The position numbers were made by a program, and so were the translations under genes. A DNA stretch of 64,000 bases from Alphaproteobacteria bacterium (GTDB taxonomy: Bacteria; Pseudomonadota; Alphaproteobacteria; Rickettsiales; SXRF01): positions 79 through 64,078 of the forward strand of contig JBDHUC010000008.1 in NCBI GenBank assembly GCA_039808985.1, read 5' to 3'. Under the pieces are notes generated by a model. That model was not told the origin of the DNA and did no database searches. It worked only from the letters and a program-made list of their open reading frames with translations. Of the stretch, positions 50,015-59,287 are shown in pieces; the first letter of the stretch is position 1; each line of letters begins with the position of its first letter.

Positions 50015-51829
50015 TCATGCCGCCTGAAGGCTGCTTAAGAATTTACTGATTTCCTTGTTCAGGTTATTTGCCTGCATACTGAGCAGTTTTGACGATTCCA
50101 AAACATCTTTGGTGGCATGCTCGGCATTATTGGTTGCCGATTTAACATCACCGATATTATTGGATATTGAGCTCACGCCATTTGAAGCAACCACCATGTT
50201 TTTGGATATTTCGTTGGTTACGGCGCTTTGCTCTTCAACTGCGGCTGCAATAGTTGCCGAGTACTCATTTACATTATTAACCACATGTTTAATAGAGCTG
50301 ATAATGCTGACCATTTCCTTGGCTATGCCCTGCACATTGCCAATCTGCCTTGCTATATCATCAGTTGCTTTTGAGGTTTGGGTAGCCAGGTTTTTAACTT
50401 CAGAGGCAACCACCGCAAAGCCTTTCCCGGCTTCACCTGCACGCGCCGATTCAATAGTGGCATTAAGCGCCAGCAGATTGATCTGCGAGGCTATGTTGCC
50501 GATAAAATCGCTCACATTGCCAATCTCGGTAGCAGCGCTGGCAAGATTGTCGGCGAATTGCTCGCCTTTCATTACTTCCTGCATTGCTTCGCCTGCGCCG
50601 CTGGATGACTTACTAACCTGCATTGCGATTTCCTTAATGGAAGCGGATAACTCCTCGGCTGCGGAAGCAACTGTCTGTACGTTAGAAGATGTTTCCATAG
50701 CAATAGATGCAACATCGGAAGCTTTCATATCGGCATCACCTACAGTTTTAGCCATGCCTACAGAAGTATTCTGCAATTCCTGGGCGGCCCCCGAAACGGC
50801 TTCAACAGCAATAGCGGCAACTTTTTCGAACCCGCGGATAGCCTGGTCCATTTTCTCGGCGCGTCTTTGCTTTATCGCCTGCTCCATCTGTTCATTCTGG
50901 GATAGAGCATCACCTTTACGTTTGTTTTCAACAAACACCATCATCGAGCTGGCCATTTCGCCAATTTCGGTTTTAGACACAGGAGGAAGGACAATATCGG
51001 TATTGCCAACTGCCAGTTCTGACATAGCTTTTATAATGCTGCGTATAGGCATTATCAGCGACCTTATGCTTACAATGGTAAATAATACGGAAACTATAGT
51101 TGCTATTGCCACTACAATAGCCAATATGCTCATATTATTCTGGGCGCTTGATATTGATGCTTCCACATCATTTTGTATCTTTACCGCATAATCGGAATTA
51201 GCCTGCGTAGCAGCAACGGCCTTCTCTTTAAAAAGCTTTGCTTCTTCTTCCTGTTTCTTAAGCATTGCTTCCAGGATAGAGCCTACTTCCAGCGAGGCCT
51301 TCCTGGCATCAGACAACAGAGCATTACCCTTAACGCGGTTACCATCAACAAAAGCATCCACGGCTTTAAGGGAAATGGTTTGAAAGTTGGATGCCTGTTC
51401 TTCTATTTTCTTTGCTTCTTCGGGCGCGAACTCCGAAACCTTTTTTAAGGCGGTCAGTAATTCTGCTTTTTCAGCATCAGCATTTTTTTCTGATTCATTT
51501 AACCAACTGGCTGAAAGATCTGTAATCCAATAACGCAGCATATTAAAATGGCGCAAAACAGAACGTGTAGCAGTTAACCTGTCATTTGCTGCCTGCTGCT
51601 TATCAAGCGTGTCTTTAACTTCATCGCCTTTATTTTTAACTTCCGTGATATTTTTCTGGGTTCCGGTCAATACATCATAAACCTTATAGGTTATAAAAGA
51701 GCTGTATAAGTTAGTCGCAAGTAGGGCCAACAACAGGAACCCTGCAAGCATAAGTAATTTTGCGCGAATAGTAAAATTATCCAGAAAGCTTCCTGCTTTA
51801 ACTGACTCTTGTGAGTTTTCGATACCCAT
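50015..51829 (-). CDS. methyl-accepting chemotaxis protein with periplasmic helical sensor domain, HAMP and MCP signalling domain
   Basis: 604-aa ORF in which two TM helices bound a helical periplasmic segment of about 190 aa. The hairpin tip [33 protein letters not shown] is almost identical to that of the other MCP. Confidence 0.85.
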   Translation of the reverse strand: MGIENSQESVKAGSFLDNFTIRAKLLMLAGFLLLALLATNLYSSFITYKVYDVLTGTQKNITEVKNKGDEVKDTLDKQQAANDRLTATRSVLRHFNMLRYWITDLSASWLNESEKNADAEKAELLTALKKVSEFAPEEAKKIEEQASNFQTISLKAVDAFVDGNRVKGNALLSDARKASLEVGSILEAMLKKQEEEAKLFKEKAVAATQANSDYAVKIQNDVEASISSAQNNMSILAIVVAIATIVSVLFTIVSIRSLIMPIRSIIKAMSELAVGNTDIVLPPVSKTEIGEMASSMMVFVENKRKGDALSQNEQMEQAIKQRRAEKMDQAIRGFEKVAAIAVEAVSGAAQELQNTSVGMAKTVGDADMKASDVASIAMETSSNVQTVASAAEELSASIKEIAMQVSKSSSGAGEAMQEVMKGEQFADNLASAATEIGNVSDFIGNIASQINLLALNATIESARAGEAGKGFAVVASEVKNLATQTSKATDDIARQIGNVQGIAKEMVSIISSIKHVVNNVNEYSATIAAAVEEQSAVTNEISKNMVVASNGVSSISNNIGDVKSATNNAEHATKDVLESSKLLSMQANNLNKEISKFLSSLQAA

Positions 51830-51912
51830 ACATGGACTCCTTATATTAATTATGTTTTATAACAGAAATGGATAGATACCCAAGATTACCCTATAACTTA
51901 TCCCTCAATACT

Positions 51913-51940
51913 AATGTGCCAGCCCTGAGGCTGGCACATT
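51913..51940. terminator. GC-rich stem-loop between the DUF3365 gene and the MCP gene
   Basis: Perfect 12-bp stem AATGTGCCAGCC/GGCTGGCACATT with loop CTGA, 12 nt from the DUF3365 stop. The T-rich run (ATCTTTAGTTTTTATTT) is on the plus-strand side, so on the coding (minus) strand it has an upstream A-tract but no U-tract. Confidence 0.45.
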
Positions 51941-51951
51941 ATCTTTAGTTT

Positions 51952-52671
51952 TTATTTAAAGATTGTAACACTGACAGCACCGCCCAGATCATCCAGGTTG
52001 GCACCTTCTTTTTTACCTCCGGAAATATCCGTTTCACCCTTTGGCCCACCATGGCAGCTCAGGCATGATTGCTTGTAATATTCAGGCTGGATAAAACGGA
52101 AAGCGCTTTTTCCATCAACAGTCGATGTTTCTGAAAAAGCCTTGCCTTTTTCGTAACCGGCTTTTTTGAAGGTTTCTTCGATTGCCTTGTTTTCCCACTC
52201 GTCAGGACGGTTCTTGCGGTTACGCACCAGCTCTTTAGGAGCAGTAAGTTTAATAACCGCCTTACCGGCTAATTTTTCAGATGCCTTGGTTGCGACCTGG
52301 CCAGCAAAAACCGCAGGAAGGAAGCCTTTAAAGCCTTTTCCCTTTTCATTAATAACTGGCTGCGCATCTTTCATAACATCAGCAATAGCTTCAAGGATGG
52401 CTTTCTGATAAGGGTCGGTTTCAACAACATCCTTACCCATTTTTTCCTTATATTTTTCCTTGGCCTTAGCAATTACAATATCGCCGGTTAATCCCTTGTC
52501 GCCAAGATCAGCATTGTTAATCTTGTCCTGATTATCAGAGATAACCCCACGACCGGCAGAGAACAGAGCCGCCATTTCCTTAGCAGTATCTTCTTCACTG
52601 GCATAGGCCGCTGAAGCACCAAACAATCCACTCATAAATATTGCGGCAGTATATAAATATATTTTCTTCAT
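51952..52671 (-). CDS. periplasmic c-type haem protein of the DUF3365 (Tll0287-like) family
   Basis: 239-aa ORF with signal peptide AAIFMSGLFGASAAYA. It has a single CxxCH haem-attachment motif (SCLSCHGGPKGE, nt 52051-52065). The family-typical C-terminus is HGGPKGETDISGGKKEGANLDDLGGAVSVTI. Confidence 0.6.
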   Translation of the reverse strand: MKKIYLYTAAIFMSGLFGASAAYASEEDTAKEMAALFSAGRGVISDNQDKINNADLGDKGLTGDIVIAKAKEKYKEKMGKDVVETDPYQKAILEAIADVMKDAQPVINEKGKGFKGFLPAVFAGQVATKASEKLAGKAVIKLTAPKELVRNRKNRPDEWENKAIEETFKKAGYEKGKAFSETSTVDGKSAFRFIQPEYYKQSCLSCHGGPKGETDISGGKKEGANLDDLGGAVSVTIFK

Positions 52672-52701
52672 ACTTGCTCCTTTGTTTTGTTAAACCGTAT
52701 A

Positions 52702-54102
52702 TTAATATTTTATTTGCACAGTTGCCATAACTTTGGTTGTATCCGTGAAAAGCTTATCAGCGTTATAATCAGCGAATTTCAGGCCAAGAGTGTAATGATT
52801 ATAGAATGTCTGCTGAATCTGGGCATCCCATTCAGTGCCATAATGAACGCTGGTATGGTTTGATTCATAATCATGATAAGCAACCATTATGTCGGTTCCT
52901 TTTACCAGAGGATCGCCAAATGGCACTTTATAGCCAAGGGACACATAGCGGTCTTCGAGGCCGTTTGCAGGGGTTGTGGTGAATTTATCAGCCCAACCAT
53001 TGAAAGCATGCAATGTTGCAAGCGGGGTCTGGAACGCGTGAGTTGCGATACCATCGCCTTCCAATACTTCGTAGCCGCCTTTTGCGGTAAAGCCATTCCA
53101 GGTTAAGCCCGGCTCAGCCAAATAGTAATTGGCGCTGTAATTGGCAGTATTATCGCCATAATCAGACTGGTTCGCAATTTCAGCAGCGTATATAAGACCG
53201 AAATCACTTGGCAGGCCTAATTTACCGGTCAAGCGTGCGCCATACGTCATGGAAGATAATGAGCGCGCATCATCGAAAGCCAGCATATAATCATATGCGG
53301 TTATCTTAAGGGCGGGATCAAATTCATATGACGCATTGATCAAATGTGAATCGCTATCATATGCGCCGTTGGTTGCATAAGGCCCGGTTATGCGGTTAAC
53401 TTTATTGACATATGCATAATAAATGCTCGCATGGTCTATGAACTGGGTTGAAATGCTGGCCGCATCGAGCGTCTGGTCATTCTGGCGCCAGTCGCTTGAG
53501 CCTATGAAACGCTGGTTGTCAAGATTCACAACCTGGCGCCCAATTGTAATATTGGTTTTTGGTAAGCCCTGATAGCTGATATATAACTGGTTCAGGTCAG
53601 TATCCTCAGGATCGGTAACGCCTGGGAACTGGGTTTTGCCGTTGGTGCTGCTGTTATAATGATCAACACCGAGCGCAACAACATTCTCGCCTTCCACAGC
53701 AACCTGGAATCCCTGCCACAATCCTGTTTTGTAACCAATTTTAGTGCGCAGCGTGGATGCATATGCATTCTCAGCGAACCCATCCTGATCAACCATTTCA
53801 TAACGGTAACGGGCATTGATCCACGGGGTGCCATGCAAAATGGCATAGCCGAGGCTTCCCGGTTTCACATCAGGAAAATTATCAGTGCTGAATTTATCGA
53901 GGCCTTCTGCAAGTTCAGATTTAGGCTCAGCAGGTTTAACCGCCGGAGCTGCGGCTATTGCGGCAGAATCTGCGGCAACAGGGGTGGCCTGCTTTTTGGC
54001 TTTTTTTGTCGCTGCCTCTGCGTCACTTGCAAAGAGGCCTGCCATGGCAGGGATCATTACCAGTGCACTGGTTGCAAAAAGAATTTGCTTTTTAGATTTC
54101 AT
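52702..54102 (-). CDS. outer-membrane beta-barrel porin, alginate-export (AlgE)-like family
   Basis: 466-aa ORF with a signal peptide and an Ala/Pro/Lys-rich linker. Alternating beta-strand patterning runs throughout, with an INARYRYE motif near the N-terminus of the barrel and a terminal aromatic (VQIKY). Confidence 0.5.
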   Translation of the reverse strand: MKSKKQILFATSALVMIPAMAGLFASDAEAATKKAKKQATPVAADSAAIAAAPAVKPAEPKSELAEGLDKFSTDNFPDVKPGSLGYAILHGTPWINARYRYEMVDQDGFAENAYASTLRTKIGYKTGLWQGFQVAVEGENVVALGVDHYNSSTNGKTQFPGVTDPEDTDLNQLYISYQGLPKTNITIGRQVVNLDNQRFIGSSDWRQNDQTLDAASISTQFIDHASIYYAYVNKVNRITGPYATNGAYDSDSHLINASYEFDPALKITAYDYMLAFDDARSLSSMTYGARLTGKLGLPSDFGLIYAAEIANQSDYGDNTANYSANYYLAEPGLTWNGFTAKGGYEVLEGDGIATHAFQTPLATLHAFNGWADKFTTTPANGLEDRYVSLGYKVPFGDPLVKGTDIMVAYHDYESNHTSVHYGTEWDAQIQQTFYNHYTLGLKFADYNADKLFTDTTKVMATVQIKY

Positions 54103-54435
54103 ATTACTCTCCGTGTAAGTGTTATGTTGTAAAGTTTTAGTTTCTAAAAATTGAAAATATGCAATTTCATTATTTGGTATATCTTATCTTCCTACATTTA
54201 CCAGATTAATATTAGTTAAATTTTGTAGCCTGTTCAGCCATTAAGTGCTTTAAAAATTTCGCTGTGCTGTATGCAAAAAAATCAAAAAACACCGGGTATA
54301 CATTCGCAGGATTCTGTCCCAAAATCGGCCAATAAAAATAAAAAAAATTTATGATAAAAAAGTCACAGTTTTAAAAAAAGTGATATTGGAAAAATAACCG
54401 AGCAATTAGATAAGATTATTTTCGCCACGAAAAAA

Positions 54436-55515
54436 TTACAGGATAACTTTCTGGCCTTTTTTGCGTTCGCTATCCGATTTCAACTGGCCGCAAGCAGCAA
54501 AGATATCCTGCCCTCGGGTAGCGCGTACAGGTGAGGAAAACCCTGCATTATTGACTATTTCCGCGAATGCGCGAATGCGTTTTTTAGAAGAACATTCGTA
54601 AGGCGCGCCGGGCCATGGGTTAAACGGTATCAGATTTACTTTGGCGTGAATTCCCTCCAGTAATTTTACCAATTCACGCGCATCCCCGTCGCTATCATTC
54701 ACACCCTTCAGCATCACATATTCAAAGGTTATGCGACGTGCATTATTTGCTGCCGGATATTCGCGGCAGGCTTTAAGTAATTTTGCTATCGGATATTTTT
54801 TATTTATGGGGACTATTTCATCACGCAATTCATCGTGCACGGCATGCAGCGATATTGCAAGGTTAACTCCCAATTCTTTACCGCAACGCTCTATCATTGG
54901 AACAACCCCGGAGGTCGAAAGCGTTATGCGCCGTTTGGAAATAGCGATACCCTCGCCATCCATTATAACCTGCAATGCCTTTGCCACATTATCATAATTA
55001 TATAGAGGCTCACCCATGCCCATCATTACTATATTGGTAAACAGGCAATCTTCGCGCCGCCTGTTCCATTCTTCAAGCCCATCACGCGCAATCAGCACCT
55101 GTCCGATAATATCGGCAGTGGTTAAATTACGCACCAGAGGCATAGTGCCGGTATGACAGAAAGTGCAGGTAAGGGTGCAGCCAACCTGGGAGGAAACACA
55201 CAATGCGCCACGGTCAGCTTCGGGAATGAATACTGTTTCAATTTTATTAGCGTCCGGCATTTCCAGAAGCCACTTGCGCGTTCCATCAACCGAGGTTAAG
55301 GCACGCGATATTTTCGGGCGGGTAAGCGTAAAATGCTCCGCAAGCAGGCCATGCTGGTTTTTGGCGATGCTTGTCATCTGCTTAAAATCAGTGACGCCTT
55401 TTACATAGATCCAATGCCATATCTGCTTGGCTCGGAAGGCTTCAAAACCTACTTCCTTAAGTTTTGCCGTCAGCTCATCACGCGATAATCCTATAATCTC
55501 TGTTTTTTCTTTCAC
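54436..55515 (-). CDS. rlmN: 23S rRNA/tRNA (adenine-C2)-methyltransferase RlmN (radical SAM)
   Basis: 359-aa ORF with a GTG start, the radical-SAM cluster [11 protein letters not shown] and the conserved C-terminal Cys (FAACGQL). Confidence 0.93.
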   Translation of the reverse strand: MKEKTEIIGLSRDELTAKLKEVGFEAFRAKQIWHWIYVKGVTDFKQMTSIAKNQHGLLAEHFTLTRPKISRALTSVDGTRKWLLEMPDANKIETVFIPEADRGALCVSSQVGCTLTCTFCHTGTMPLVRNLTTADIIGQVLIARDGLEEWNRRREDCLFTNIVMMGMGEPLYNYDNVAKALQVIMDGEGIAISKRRITLSTSGVVPMIERCGKELGVNLAISLHAVHDELRDEIVPINKKYPIAKLLKACREYPAANNARRITFEYVMLKGVNDSDGDARELVKLLEGIHAKVNLIPFNPWPGAPYECSSKKRIRAFAEIVNNAGFSSPVRATRGQDIFAACGQLKSDSERKKGQKVIL

Positions 55516-55543
55516 TTGCAGGCCTTAATATTATTTATAAACA

Positions 55544-55834
55544 CTATAAATGCTTCCCGGCATCCATGCTTTGATGAAGTATGCGTATAATGCGTACACC
55601 ATTACTCTTAGGTATATAAAATACTATATGTGAATTATATTCCAAGCATCGCCATGCCTGATTAATTTCACCTACGCTACGTCCAATCATAGGATTCCCA
55701 GCAATACTCTGAAATAAATCATGCAAACCAAAAAAATACTTTCTGGCTTGCTCCAAGCCAAATTTAAGAATTGTATATTCATAAATTCCGGCAATATCAG
55801 CTTCAGCTTTTTTTGTCAGGCTATAAGATACCAT
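55544..55834 (-). CDS. parE: type II toxin, ParE/RelE family
   Basis: 96-aa ORF with the ParE-like pattern LTKKAEADIAGIYEYT...ARKYF...IAGNPMIGR...IVFY...IIRILH. It overlaps the upstream antitoxin gene by 14 nt. Confidence 0.8.
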   Translation of the reverse strand: MVSYSLTKKAEADIAGIYEYTILKFGLEQARKYFFGLHDLFQSIAGNPMIGRSVGEINQAWRCLEYNSHIVFYIPKSNGVRIIRILHQSMDAGKHL

Positions 55835-56084
55835 TTGTTTTTAGCCTATTCTCAACTGCGGCCATAATTTGCGGCACACTTAGATCGCTTTCACCACTTG
55901 CTTCCCCTTCATCAATTGCAGTGCGCAGTGCGGCAAGCTTTATCTCGTATTGCTGCTCTTCACGCTCTAAAATGCGCAGTGCCGAGCGCACCACTTCGCT
56001 TGCATTTTCGTAGCGCCCACTCTCTACCCGCGCTAATACAAAACGGTCAAGTTCTTCGGTCAGGTTTACATTACGTGTTGGCAT
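55821..56084 (-). CDS. parD: type II antitoxin, ParD family (ribbon-helix-helix)
   Basis: 87 aa from the ATG at 56084 (MPTRNVNLTEELDRFVLARVESGRYENASEVVRSALRILE). The ORF-track start at 56177 adds AT-rich junk and overlaps the regulator gene. Confidence 0.8.
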   Translation of the reverse strand: MPTRNVNLTEELDRFVLARVESGRYENASEVVRSALRILEREEQQYEIKLAALRTAIDEGEASGESDLSVPQIMAAVENRLKTNGIL

Positions 56085-56154
56085 ATAATCTCCTTTTACA
56101 TATATCATTATAGCAATATTGGCAATCTTTGCCAATACAATTTGATAACTATAA

Positions 56155-56733
56155 TTACAACTTATAGCCACCTTCAAAGGCTTTGATCATCTCCATATCG
56201 AAGCTATCGCGGAGTTTTTTACGCAGGCGGTATATATGTGTTTCCAGCGTGTGCGTATCCAGCGTAGAATCAATACCCCACACCTCCTTAAGAAGCGCCT
56301 CGCGGGTAACGCCGCTATCGCCAGCCTGAGCTATCATATGCAGAAGCTGCGTTTCCTTATCGGTCAAAACCACTTCGCCAGCGCTTATTTTATGGCTAAC
56401 TATTTTATTTTGTAATGAAAGCTGCAAATCAGGACCGATATATACTAAATCGCTATTTGCCGATGCGCCCAGGGCAAAGCACTGCTCTATTTCGTTTAGC
56501 AACCTATTGATGTGTATTGGCAAAGTTATAACAATCAACGGGATATTTTTTGCGTCATATTCCTTATCGCTTATAATTAAGCTGGCGCCGGAAGCCTGAA
56601 TATTATCCTGAATATTATCCTGTGGCGAAATCGCCAGGCAGCCAAAGCCCAACTCTCGCGTGACAAGAGCGCAAAACGGCTCTATAAAGTCGCGGTTATC
56701 GCTAAGTATATATATAGTCTGCTGTTTATCCAT
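56155..56733 (-). CDS. OmpR/PhoB-type winged-helix DNA-binding protein with truncated receiver-like N-domain
   Basis: 192-aa ORF with a C-terminal trans_reg_C pattern (LTDKETQLLHMIA...REALLKEVWG...DTHTLETHIYRLRKKL). The N-domain is only about 90 aa. It keeps a candidate Asp (LIISD) but lacks the DD pair, the helix-3 spacing and the conserved Lys. Confidence 0.6.
   Translation of the reverse strand: MDKQQTIYILSDNRDFIEPFCALVTRELGFGCLAISPQDNIQDNIQASGASLIISDKEYDAKNIPLIVITLPIHINRLLNEIEQCFALGASANSDLVYIGPDLQLSLQNKIVSHKISAGEVVLTDKETQLLHMIAQAGDSGVTREALLKEVWGIDSTLDTHTLETHIYRLRKKLRDSFDMEMIKAFEGGYKL
56595..56622. repeat. 12-bp tandem duplication inside the regulator gene
   Basis: cctgaatattat occurs at 56595-56606 and 56607-56618, followed by a partial cctg. 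It encodes the in-frame DNIQDNIQ. Confidence 0.85.
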
Positions 56734-56747
56734 AATAAGAAATATAA

Positions 56748-57665
56748 ATGATTGCTAAAAACAAAGATAGTAAAGATGGCAATAATAAGGTTGCTGCCCT
56801 GCAAAAAGCGATCTCCCTGCTTCGTGGCCAGAATGGAATTATCATAAAGCAGGGAAATGGAAAAAATATAGCCATATATCCTGCTGAATTCCTGAGTAAA
56901 AATCAGGAAATCTACAAGCTCAGCAAATCCCCTGTCCTCATAAGCCTTGCCAAAAGGGCCGGGCTGCTGCCTGCGCTTGCGCTGATTCCTGCAGGTGAAA
57001 TAACAAAGGATTGGCCGGTTTTTACAGAAAAAGAACTGGAAAACGGCCTGGAAAAATCGGGAGGGGAAATATTTGAAACTGCGCGCGCAAAACTGCCGCT
57101 GGAAGACGCTGAGGATTCAACGATAATAAGCTTTCGTGCGCAGGGGAGCGATGAAACACATCTTGCGCTTATCATCGGCAAGCCACAAAAAAATGCTGTT
57201 GCCCTGGTACGCGTGCATTCTTCCTGTGTAACCGGCGACCTGCTTGGCAGCCTGCGCTGTGATTGCGGAAGCCAGCTTAAGCTTGCCCTTGATGCCATAA
57301 AAAAATCCGGTTACGGGGTTTTGCTGTATATGAACCAGGAAGGGCGCGGGATCGGCATAAACAACAAGCTTCGCGCCTATAAATTACAAGAAGAAGGCAT
57401 AGATACTTTTGCTGCCAACCATGCGCTGGGATTTCTGGATGACGAGAGGGATTTTACTGCCGCAGGCTCAATACTCAAATATTTAGGCATCAGCCGGATA
57501 AAGCTTCTTTCAAATAATCCGCGCAAGGTTTCTGAGCTAAAAAAACATGGGATCAATATTGTAAAACGCCTGCCGTTGGTTGCGAAGCCAGGCAGGTATA
57601 ACCGCGCCTACATAGAAGCGAAAGTAAAAAAGGCGGGGCATTTAATGAAAAAAGATAAGGCCTGA
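56748..57665 (+). CDS. ribA: GTP cyclohydrolase II with N-terminal extension
   Basis: 305-aa ORF with the zinc/catalytic motif RVHSSCVTGDLLGSLRCDCGSQL and the EGRGIG loop. An N-terminal region of about 110 aa resembles a degenerate RibB-like segment. Confidence 0.85.
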   Translation: MIAKNKDSKDGNNKVAALQKAISLLRGQNGIIIKQGNGKNIAIYPAEFLSKNQEIYKLSKSPVLISLAKRAGLLPALALIPAGEITKDWPVFTEKELENGLEKSGGEIFETARAKLPLEDAEDSTIISFRAQGSDETHLALIIGKPQKNAVALVRVHSSCVTGDLLGSLRCDCGSQLKLALDAIKKSGYGVLLYMNQEGRGIGINNKLRAYKLQEEGIDTFAANHALGFLDDERDFTAAGSILKYLGISRIKLLSNNPRKVSELKKHGINIVKRLPLVAKPGRYNRAYIEAKVKKAGHLMKKDKA

Positions 57666-57677
57666 AATAAGGCCTGA

Positions 57678-58700
57678 TTATCGTTTATCAAGGATATTCA
57701 GCAGGTCTTTGGAAGTTTCCTGGCTCTTTGCCTTATTGGCTATTTCCCAGGCGCAACTGTCCCTTTTCCAGGTTCCAACATTTGCATCAAGATTCACTTC
57801 CTTCCATTTCTGGTGACCACTTTCCCTGAGCGCCTGAATATCGCCACGTATCAAATCTGCGAATTTTGCGATTTGTTCACAGCGCTTTGCATTTTCGGGC
57901 TGGGAGAAATCACGGCTTATCAGAATTGCCTGCACAGAAATGGTAGGGATTGCCTCTTTCACAAAACTATAATCATTAGGGGTTATCTCAGCAGGCTTAT
58001 ATTCTTCCAGCATTTTAGGGCCGTTCATCGGCAGGAAATGAACCTTATCAAGCATTGCCGCATATTTCTGGTTTTCCGGCAGGCTCAGATCTTCGAGGTT
58101 CTTAAATAGCCTTACAGGCTTTCCGCCAACAAAAATAACCGCATCTATATCGCCTTTAAGCACTTCTACAACACCTTGTGCCGAGGGTATCTTCAGGCTT
58201 TCCGCAGGGGTTATGTTCATAATCGAAAACAGGTTGATAGCGGTAAGCATATTGCCGCTTCCTTCTTCGCCAATTGCAACTTTCTTGCCTTGCAGATCCT
58301 TGAAGTCATTAATTTCCTTACGCGCCAGAACGTGGATTTCCTCATTATAAAAAGGAAAAACCATGCGCAGGTTATTTGCCATTTTAATTGAATCAGGATT
58401 TTTAGAGCGCCCAAGAAAACCCAGCACATCAGACTGTACAATGCCAAGGGTTACGTTAGGATCACTATTTATTATCTTGATATTATCAATTGAGCCTTCG
58501 GAAGGTTTAACAGCCACTTCGATGCCAGCCCTCTTTGCAGATTCATATAAATCACGGCCAAAAATATAATAAGTTCCGGTTTTAAGGCCAGTTACAATAT
58601 TTATAGGGGCTACAGCCTGGCGCGCATAGGCAAAAACAGATGTTACCGATATAATGGTGAATAATAATACAGGTAAATATCTGCGTAAATTTAATAACAT
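57678..58700 (-). CDS. TAXI-family TRAP-type periplasmic solute-binding protein
   Basis: 340-aa ORF with a signal peptide. TAXI-like motifs are GLKTGTYYIFGRDL, LGIVQSD and VAIGEEGSGN. Confidence 0.65.
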   Translation of the reverse strand: MLLNLRRYLPVLLFTIISVTSVFAYARQAVAPINIVTGLKTGTYYIFGRDLYESAKRAGIEVAVKPSEGSIDNIKIINSDPNVTLGIVQSDVLGFLGRSKNPDSIKMANNLRMVFPFYNEEIHVLARKEINDFKDLQGKKVAIGEEGSGNMLTAINLFSIMNITPAESLKIPSAQGVVEVLKGDIDAVIFVGGKPVRLFKNLEDLSLPENQKYAAMLDKVHFLPMNGPKMLEEYKPAEITPNDYSFVKEAIPTISVQAILISRDFSQPENAKRCEQIAKFADLIRGDIQALRESGHQKWKEVNLDANVGTWKRDSCAWEIANKAKSQETSKDLLNILDKR

Positions 58701-58780
58701 AAAGACTCTTCACATCCAGTTAGTTTCAGGCTTTACTAGCACAAAAAGTTAACGAGTGTCAAATAAATTTTTAATTTGTA

Positions 58781-59194
58781 TTAATATTTGCTCACTATAG
58801 CAAGCAGATCATTTCCCGTCTTCTGATCCGGATCCACGCTGGCATTATAGTGCATTTTATCTGAAGACGGAGCGATTTTAACCATACTGCCGACAATAAC
58901 CCCTTCATCATCCTTAAAATAAACGGCTGAACCATCCTGCCTGACGCCAGTATCGCCGGAGGCATTTACCAGGTCAAAAAGATGGGCATCATCAGGGGCT
59001 GGCGCCTTTTGCAAGCCTATATTATAATGATATATTCCAAATATTGCAGCAATTACAATAAAAAATACGGCTATTTGCCTCACAAGCACCAGGTTAATCC
59101 CATGCGCTTTCGCCGAATTTCCGGCAGGAGAAAGCGGAAGCCGGTTTATCTTCGGCCTCGGCGCAAAATCCTGCATAATAGCTTCCCTATTCAT
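58781..59194 (-). CDS. hypothetical membrane-anchored protein
   Basis: It has a single TM helix (IAVFFIVIAAIFGIYHY) followed by a domain of about 85 aa with no recognisable motif. The start is uncertain: ATGs at 59257, 59194 and 59176. It lies 80 nt upstream of the TAXI gene. Confidence 0.35.
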   Translation of the reverse strand: MNREAIMQDFAPRPKINRLPLSPAGNSAKAHGINLVLVRQIAVFFIVIAAIFGIYHYNIGLQKAPAPDDAHLFDLVNASGDTGVRQDGSAVYFKDDEGVIVGSMVKIAPSSDKMHYNASVDPDQKTGNDLLAIVSKY

Positions 59195-59287
59195 AACAAG
59201 CAAAGTATAGATACAATTTATTTTAAATACAATGTAACTATGTATTAAATTTATCATAAATTATAGATAAAAGCTATGTAAACTGTA

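Noticed and set aside
56085-56177. ORF-track N-terminal extension of parD that overlaps the 3' end of the regulator gene.
   Set aside because: The extension translates to AT-rich nonsense (MKVAISCNYSYQIVLAKIANIAIMIYVKGDY). The ATG at 56084 gives a standard ParD N-terminus.
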